Shown here: positions 57,244-63,479 of the stretch, one piece after another
How positions within the stretch are numbered: position 1 is the stretch's first letter
Layout of the letters: the number at the start of each line of letters is the position of its first letter
Virus record (IMG/VR): IMGVR_UViG_3300025121_000056
Coordinates: 1-63,479 of that record
DNA length: 63,479 nucleotides
Direction: 5' to 3' (one strand)
DNA from: a virus
Taxonomy: Duplodnaviria; Caudoviricetes
Translations under genes and position numbers: made by a program
Notes under the pieces: model-generated
The model's database searches: none
The model's input: the letters and a program-made list of their open reading frames with translations, nothing else
Told to the model about the DNA's origin: nothing

Positions 57244-58569
57244 ATGGCGACAATTAACACTAAACAAAAATCCAATCTTAAAACACACGAGGGCGCACCA
57301 GCCAAAATCATTAATGCAGAACAAAGATTAAGACGTTCTGTTATGGCTTGTATGCTTTGGGAAAATTCATTTTACGAAGACGGTCAATCAATAGCACAAA
57401 GAATTAAGGAAGCCGTAACACAAGTCAAACCAGAAATAGTTGCTAATATTGCAATAGAAGCAAGAGAACAGTTCAAATTAAGACACGTTCCGCTTTTACT
57501 TGTGAGAACATTGGCAAAATTAAAATATCCAGTTGCTGATGTTTTAGAAAAGGTAATCCAAAGACCGGACGAAATAACAGAATTCCTTGCAATCTATTGG
57601 GAAGAAAAAAGACAACCACTTTCCGCACAGGTGAAAAAAGGTTTAGCAAAAGCATTTAATAAGTTCAATGAATATCAGTTTGCTAAATATGATAGAGATG
57701 GTTCGGTTAGATTAAGAGATGCTTTGTTTTTGTCTCACGCCAAACCTAACGATAGGAATTCCTTAACTCCAAAAGATATATTAACACCAAAGGAAGTCTT
57801 GTTCAAAAAAATTGTTGATCAAACCTTGGAAATACCGGATACTTGGGAAGTCCAACTTTCTGCGGGTAAAGATAAAAAAGAAGTTTGGGAACGATTACTC
57901 AAAGAGAACAAACTTGGGGCGTTGGCTCTATTAAGAAATCTTAGAAATATGGAGTCAGCAAATGTTTCAAAATCCTTGATTAAAGAATCTGTTTCTAAAA
58001 TGAAAACAGAAAGAGTTTTGCCGTTCAGATTTATTTCTGCCGCTCGATATGCTTCTCAACTTGAGCCGGAATTAGAAGTAGCAATGTTCAAGTGCTTGGA
58101 CGGATTTGGGAAGATGTTAGGCAAGACAATCCTTTTAGTTGATGTTTCTGGTTCGATGGGGGGCCCAATTTCTGCTAAGTCTGATTTGAAAAGATTGGAC
58201 GCGGCTTGTGGATTGGGAATGCTGTTAAGGGAAATTTGCGAGGAAGTAGAAATACTAACATTCTCAAATCAAGTTATACAAGTCCCGCCAAGACGTGGAT
58301 TTGCATTAAGAGATGCTATTGTCGGATCGCAACAACATTCAGGGACATATTTAGGGCAAGCAATTAAAACCGTTGACGATAACCGGACTTATGACCGAAT
58401 GATTGTAATAACTGATGAACAGTCTCACGACAAAGTTTCCGATTCTAAAGGCAGGGGATATATGATAAACGTTGCCTCTAACCAGAACGGAGTTGGTTAT
58501 GGAAAATGGTTGCACGTTGATGGATTTTCAGAATCTATTATAAATTACATCCAAGAATATGAAAGATAA
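57244..58569 (+). CDS. rsr: Ro60 / TROVE-domain RNA-binding protein with vWA domain
   Basis: 'THEGAPA', 'FNEYQFAKY', 'TWEVQLS', 'ALLRNLRN', 'LPFRFISA', MIDAS DVSGSM, 'VITDEQ'. Confidence 0.92.
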   Translation: MATINTKQKSNLKTHEGAPAKIINAEQRLRRSVMACMLWENSFYEDGQSIAQRIKEAVTQVKPEIVANIAIEAREQFKLRHVPLLLVRTLAKLKYPVADVLEKVIQRPDEITEFLAIYWEEKRQPLSAQVKKGLAKAFNKFNEYQFAKYDRDGSVRLRDALFLSHAKPNDRNSLTPKDILTPKEVLFKKIVDQTLEIPDTWEVQLSAGKDKKEVWERLLKENKLGALALLRNLRNMESANVSKSLIKESVSKMKTERVLPFRFISAARYASQLEPELEVAMFKCLDGFGKMLGKTILLVDVSGSMGGPISAKSDLKRLDAACGLGMLLREICEEVEILTFSNQVIQVPPRRGFALRDAIVGSQQHSGTYLGQAIKTVDDNRTYDRMIVITDEQSHDKVSDSKGRGYMINVASNQNGVGYGKWLHVDGFSESIINYIQEYER

Positions 58570-58690
58570 AATAATACAATTCGTTTGCCAAAAATGCGGT
58601 TGGAAGTGGAAACCAAAAAGTCCAAACATAAAACCGCGTGCTTGTCCTTATTGTAAAAGCTACCATTGGGAGAAACTCAGACAAAATTGA
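58559..58690 (+). CDS. 43-aa zinc-ribbon protein (not in the ORF track)
   Basis: MKDKIIQFVCQKCGWKWKPKSPNIKPRACPYCKSYHWEKLRQN; overlaps the Ro60 stop. Confidence 0.65.
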   Translation: MKDKIIQFVCQKCGWKWKPKSPNIKPRACPYCKSYHWEKLRQN

Positions 58691-58711
58691 TTAACTCCAA
58701 GAGAGGTTTGT

Positions 58712-59538
58712 TTGACTCTCCTTTTTTTTAAGGAGAAAAGATTGATAGAGAAATACATAAACACCATACAGAATGAAAATTGTTTTGAGTTCATAGATAA
58801 GTTACCTGATAATTCTATTGATGCGATTATTACAAGTCCTCCTTACTGGAATTTAAGATCGTATTCAACAAAGCCAATAATCTTTGATGGGTCTAAAGAC
58901 TGTGAACATGAATGGGGCATGGAAAAACGTACTGATAAAAGAGGAATTACAGGCAGCAAATTAAATGGTAGAAACCCCTATATTGGCGGGGAAGCAAGAA
59001 TTAACACCGTACATGGATTTTGCTCAAAGTGTAATGCTTGGATGGGTGAGTTTGGTGGAGAACCGGACTTCAGATTATATGTGAAGCACTTAGTATTTCT
59101 TTTTGACAAGATAAAGAGAGTATTAAAATCTACCGGGACTTGTTGGGTAAACTTAGGAGATTCTTACGGCGGTAGTGGAAATAGAAGCGGGCACACACCA
59201 GAGACAACAAACCTAAACACGATTACACAAGAATATGGTGCAACTGATGGTAATGCAAAGTTCACCAAAGGATATGAAAAGAGTCTACTTGGAATACCAG
59301 ACAGATTCAAAATTGCTATGATTGATTCTTCGTGGAAGTTACGCAATCAGTTTGGGATATAGTCCCGGTATGACACCAATACAAGATAGTCCTTGATGTT
59401 TTTATGGGAAGCGGTACAACGGCAGAAGTTTGTTTGAGACTTGGCAGAAAATATATTGGTTGCGAATTAAATAAAAGTTACATTGAGATTGCAGAGAGAA
59501 GAATCAAAGACCTAAAAGATCAGACCACATTATTTTAA
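58712..59538 (+). pseudogene. N4/N6 DNA methyltransferase, fragmented
   Basis: 'IITSPPY', 'WVNLGDSY' in one frame; 'SVWDI' then stop then 'IVLDVFMGSGTT...YIGCELN' in another frame. Confidence 0.85.
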
Positions 59539-59621
59539 CCCACCTAAATAATTTTTCATAGTAGTTTATTTCAGAGAATTTATTATTTTCAGTTAAATTA
59601 AATAGCAGAGAGTTTATTATC

Positions 59622-60215
59622 ATGGCAACAGAAGAGAAAAAAGAAAAAAATAAATCTGCTGAAGGGAAAGAACAAACCGAAATAGAGAAAGTCCTAGCTG
59701 GGCTTAAACTTAACCCCAAACAATTAGCTTTCTGCGAAGAATACATTTTAACAATAAACGCAACAAAATCTTATCAAAAGATATATGACTGTGATTATGA
59801 GACGGCAAAAGCATCCGGTCCAAGACTGTTAGCAAATGTTAGAAAATACATCAATTTGAGAATGTCGGATATTTATGAGAATCTTGGAATAACACCAGAG
59901 AGAATCCTAAAAGAATATGCAAGGATTGCTTATTTCGATCCGCAGAAATTATTGAACGAAGACGGTACGCTAAAACAGATGAGTGAAATAGATGAAGATA
60001 CGAGAGCTGCGATAGCCGGGGTTGAAGTTGAGAACTTGTTTGAAGGCAGGGGCAAAGACAGAGAATGCATTGGCACAGTCCATAAATTAAAAATTGTAGA
60101 TAAGAAAGGCGCTCTTGATAGTGTCGGTAAACACAGACAGATGTTTATTGAGAAAGTAGAAGTTGAACATAAGGGCGAAGTAAATCTTATTGTCAACGGA
60201 TTGAAGAGAATTTGA
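59622..60215 (+). CDS. terS: Terminase small subunit
   Basis: 'LNPKQLAFCEEY...NATKSY', 'ILKEYARIAYFD', 'DKKGALDSVGKHRQMF'. Confidence 0.9.
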   Translation: MATEEKKEKNKSAEGKEQTEIEKVLAGLKLNPKQLAFCEEYILTINATKSYQKIYDCDYETAKASGPRLLANVRKYINLRMSDIYENLGITPERILKEYARIAYFDPQKLLNEDGTLKQMSEIDEDTRAAIAGVEVENLFEGRGKDRECIGTVHKLKIVDKKGALDSVGKHRQMFIEKVEVEHKGEVNLIVNGLKRI

Positions 60216-61720
60216 AAAAGGAAGAACATGCGTTAAATATCAAGATAGACTTCCAGCCGGTACAAGCCGAACTTTATGATGTTTATGAATTTGGTACGGC
60301 AACGAGGATCGGATTGGGAGGAAGCCGCGGAGGCACCAAAAGTCATACAGCAGACAGCGTAATGTTAATGAGACGTTATAAGTATCCAGGCACTAGCGGA
60401 TTATTTATTATGAAAGTTTATCAAGATATGTTTGATATTCACATCAACCCGATGTTTGAACAATATCCGGGTTTAGAACAACATTTTAACAAACAATTTA
60501 TGATTTTGAAATTGCCTAATTCTGGTGGTTCTTTCGTAAGGTTTCTCTCAGGTGATACATTAATGGAATTTAGAAAAAGAAAAGGAAGAGGGTTCGCGGA
60601 TGTTATGGTAGATCAATCAGAACTTTTCACACAAGACGAGATAGAGTTTCTCTATACAATCAACCGTTCAGTTCACAAAGACATTACACCTAAAACATTG
60701 CTTTGCTTTAATCCGGGGAACATTGGGCATACATATAACAAAAGAGTTTTCTACGATAAAATTTACCAAGAGAATGAAGATCCAAAAGATTTCGGATTTG
60801 TACAAACATTTGGTTGGGATAATGCTTATTGGTGCCAAAAATCTCTTAATGCCGAGGGCAAATCTCTAGATGATTTTCACAAAATGAGTGGCGAAGATAG
60901 ATTCCAATACTTTATAACGAAGAGCGAATACGGAAAGAATTTGAATCAATTACCGGACAGCAAAAGGAAAGCAGAGTTATTGGGGGATATGGATATATTT
61001 GAGGGAATGTTTTTCTCCGATTTCAGACGCAAACATCATGTGATAGAGAACTATGAACGCAAAAAAGAATTTAATTCTGTAGCTGGTCTAGATTATGGGA
61101 ACACCACGGTATTAGAAGTCCTCCAATGTGATTATGAAGGGACGGTAGTAACTTGTGGGGAGGTCTATCTCGCCGACTTTGAAACTCCAGCCGAAAGAGC
61201 CAACGCAATAGCCGACTATCTCCTTTCAAACGAATTATATAAACTTGAAATAATTTATGACACTGATATGGAAATCTCGCAAATCTCAAATGTGGGCTAT
61301 GATAAAACTCCGATAGCGATTTTTAGAGAAGTCTTCAAACAAAGGATGGGCGATAAAGCCCCTTCGATGGTGCTTGTCAATAAAACAAGTCTTGACAAAA
61401 AGAAAGGTTATAGAGCGGTTGTTAATGAAGCCGTAAAAGAATATCTGCATATTAACCAAGATAAAAGCAAAATATATTTTTCAAGTGAATGTAAGTTTTT
61501 GATAAGAGAGCTCACAGAAATGATTTATGACCCGTTAAACCCAGATGGGATGGACTTTCTGAACACTGGCCCGAACAAACCACACGCCTACGATGCTTTC
61601 AAGTATGCGCTTATGAGTATTTACCAACCGAGAAAACCTAAAGAAGATACCCGCCCAATCTGGCGCAAGAAATTAGATAAAAAACGAGAACTCAAAAAGA
61701 AAAGTATTATGGCTAAATGA
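60212..61720 (+). CDS. terL: Terminase large subunit
   Basis: Walker A GGSRGGTKS, Walker B-like VMVDQS, 'FNPG', nuclease 'GLDYG' and 'HAYDAFKYA'. Confidence 0.9.
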   Translation: MKKEEHALNIKIDFQPVQAELYDVYEFGTATRIGLGGSRGGTKSHTADSVMLMRRYKYPGTSGLFIMKVYQDMFDIHINPMFEQYPGLEQHFNKQFMILKLPNSGGSFVRFLSGDTLMEFRKRKGRGFADVMVDQSELFTQDEIEFLYTINRSVHKDITPKTLLCFNPGNIGHTYNKRVFYDKIYQENEDPKDFGFVQTFGWDNAYWCQKSLNAEGKSLDDFHKMSGEDRFQYFITKSEYGKNLNQLPDSKRKAELLGDMDIFEGMFFSDFRRKHHVIENYERKKEFNSVAGLDYGNTTVLEVLQCDYEGTVVTCGEVYLADFETPAERANAIADYLLSNELYKLEIIYDTDMEISQISNVGYDKTPIAIFREVFKQRMGDKAPSMVLVNKTSLDKKKGYRAVVNEAVKEYLHINQDKSKIYFSSECKFLIRELTEMIYDPLNPDGMDFLNTGPNKPHAYDAFKYALMSIYQPRKPKEDTRPIWRKKLDKKRELKKKSIMAK

Positions 61721-61728
61721 GGTAAATT

Positions 61729-63479
61729 ATGGCACTTAAATTTGACATATTCGACACAAGCAAAGTTGCTGAAGTAATACAAGTTTACAACCAAGTACAA
61801 CCAACCTATAAACCGATCTTTGATGAAATGAATAAGAACTACAATATGATAGTTAGTTCTGCTCAATGGGATGCTGATATAAAGACCGAACTTGAAGAGA
61901 ATGGAAGAACTGCCTTTGCTTATAATTTACTTTCAAATGTGATAAAACACATGAGTAGTTTAGAAGCTGGCAATCGAAAGAAAATAACTGCTTTGGGCAG
62001 AACGCTGGGTGATGTCAAAATGGCAGCAACAATATCCAAACTGTTGGATTGTTTGCTTTACAATCAAAAATTCGACTATCATCGGACAAGAGCTTTCATA
62101 GATGCTATTATTGCAAGAATCGGTTGGTTAAGAACTTGTTGGAGTTTTGAAGATGATTCTTTGGGTATGTTGGACCTCCAAAGTATTAACCCGATGCAAA
62201 TAATGTTTGAAATGGGTTATTCTGATATTACACTAAGGAAAAGTAGTTTTGTACTATTTACGCCCGACTTATCATTAGATCAAATTATCAATCAGTACGG
62301 GCAGAAAGACAAGAAGCTATTACAAGAAATTCTCCGACAAGGCGACAACTATTTTGCTGCACAAACTCCAGAAGAAAAAAAGAAGTTTTTATCAACTACT
62401 TTAAGAACGCTATTAAACACTGCACAACAATTTTTTAATGTAGGTACTGCTGATCAGTCAAGCGACATTCTTAGAAACGAAATGTGGTATGACCCCTTCA
62501 CTGGGAAATTCAAAACATTAGAACTACACGAAAGAAGAACCACACGGAGAATGATGTTATACGATCCCGCAGAAAATAAGAATATTGATATTACGGATAA
62601 TGTTCTTTCAGAAGATAAACACACCGAAGATAATGAACTTATTCAACAGCAAATGACAAAGCACCCAGAAGCAAGTGAGCCAAGTTGGAAACCAAAGAAA
62701 CAAATATGGATAACCACAGTAATACCAGCGTTGAATATTAAGGTTGCTGATGAACCCTATGCAATAAGAAGTAAGAATTTTATGTTTACTCCGGTATTTT
62801 GCTATGATTTCCATGCTGATATGAGACAAACTCAAAGTGTAATTGATGAACTTAGAGATCCGCAAAGCGACTACAATAAAACCCGCAGCACTCTTTTAGA
62901 AATGCTTGTAAGGTTTTCTTCTGTTGGTTATTTGGTTGAAGAGGGGGCTATTGATGGATTTGAGAACGATTATACCAACAAAGAAATAGGCACTTACAAA
63001 AGAGTTAAAACCGGATTTTTGGAAAAAGTTAAACCAGAAGAATACCCGCGAATACCACCAGAACTTTTCAGAAATGCTGAAGAGAGCAAGTATTTATTGG
63101 AATACATTTCCGGTACACCCAAAGCAGTAAGAGGATTGAGCGAAGGTAGTAATGAACCGGCAAAATTATTCAATGCCAAAAATGACGTAGCAGTACAACT
63201 CATCCAACATATTTACGATAATTTAGATCAGGCCATCCTACAGGTTGGCGAGAACATTATTCCGAATATTCAAAAGTTTATGACAATGCCGAGAGTGTTT
63301 AGAATTATAAATGATTTTGACAAGCCAGAATACTTAGAAGTAAACAAACCGGAAGTGATCATAGAACAAGGTAAAGTTGTAGAGAGAATTCTAAACGATG
63401 TAACGATTGGAGAATATGATATTGTGATCTCTAATGCACCGTACGGACCAACAGAAAGAGAAATGGAATTTGTCAAACT
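61729..63479 (+). CDS. Portal protein, N-terminal part (P22-like; ~728 aa when joined to 8-568)
   Basis: Frame open to the window end; 'QWD...ELEENGR...YNL', 'IDELRDPQ..YNK'; follows terL. Confidence 0.85.
   Translation, partial: MALKFDIFDTSKVAEVIQVYNQVQPTYKPIFDEMNKNYNMIVSSAQWDADIKTELEENGRTAFAYNLLSNVIKHMSSLEAGNRKKITALGRTLGDVKMAATISKLLDCLLYNQKFDYHRTRAFIDAIIARIGWLRTCWSFEDDSLGMLDLQSINPMQIMFEMGYSDITLRKSSFVLFTPDLSLDQIINQYGQKDKKLLQEILRQGDNYFAAQTPEEKKKFLSTTLRTLLNTAQQFFNVGTADQSSDILRNEMWYDPFTGKFKTLELHERRTTRRMMLYDPAENKNIDITDNVLSEDKHTEDNELIQQQMTKHPEASEPSWKPKKQIWITTVIPALNIKVADEPYAIRSKNFMFTPVFCYDFHADMRQTQSVIDELRDPQSDYNKTRSTLLEMLVRFSSVGYLVEEGAIDGFENDYTNKEIGTYKRVKTGFLEKVKPEEYPRIPPELFRNAEESKYLLEYISGTPKAVRGLSEGSNEPAKLFNAKNDVAVQLIQHIYDNLDQAILQVGENIIPNIQKFMTMPRVFRIINDFDKPEYLEVNKPEVIIEQGKVVERILNDVTIGEYDIVISNAPYGPTEREMEFVK

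Noticed and set aside
2867-63476. Minus-strand ORFs in the track, including 40032, 40489, 40721 and 41448 inside cassettes
   Set aside because: They are short antisense shadows of + strand genes, with no motifs I recognise.
63347-63479. Terminal direct repeat as physical genome ends
   Set aside because: It falls mid-portal gene and its ~126-nt length fits an assembler k-mer overlap.

Overview
The window looks like a complete, circularly assembled ~63.35-kb podovirus-like phage genome. A 126-nt end overlap splits the portal gene across the ends, and essentially all real genes are on the + strand. It carries terminase/portal/scaffold/major capsid, head-tail and tail genes, a 2970-aa ejection-type protein with an ADP-ribosyltransferase-like domain, a lysis module, recombination/replication-initiation genes, a tRNA-Met, an RNA-repair set (Rnl1-like ligase, internally deleted Pnkp) and a Ro60/TROVE gene preceded by three Y-RNA-like ncRNAs. 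Signal peptides ending Ala-Gln plus normal Shine-Dalgarno sites suggest an FCB-group (Ignavibacteria-like) host; this is inference. The standout feature is an apparent phage-borne integron at 38980-44255. It has nine attC-like hairpins with minus-strand polarity, an attI-like end at ~42891, and a divergent integron-integrase remnant whose N- and C-termini survive while the core is replaced by an HNH-AP2 gene. All cassette ORFs are inverted relative to attC polarity, so they read with the phage early operon. Translation starts inside most attC loops, and each cassette has extended terminal inverted repeats with a conserved bulge at position 10. All calls are by eye from motifs; no database searches were run.
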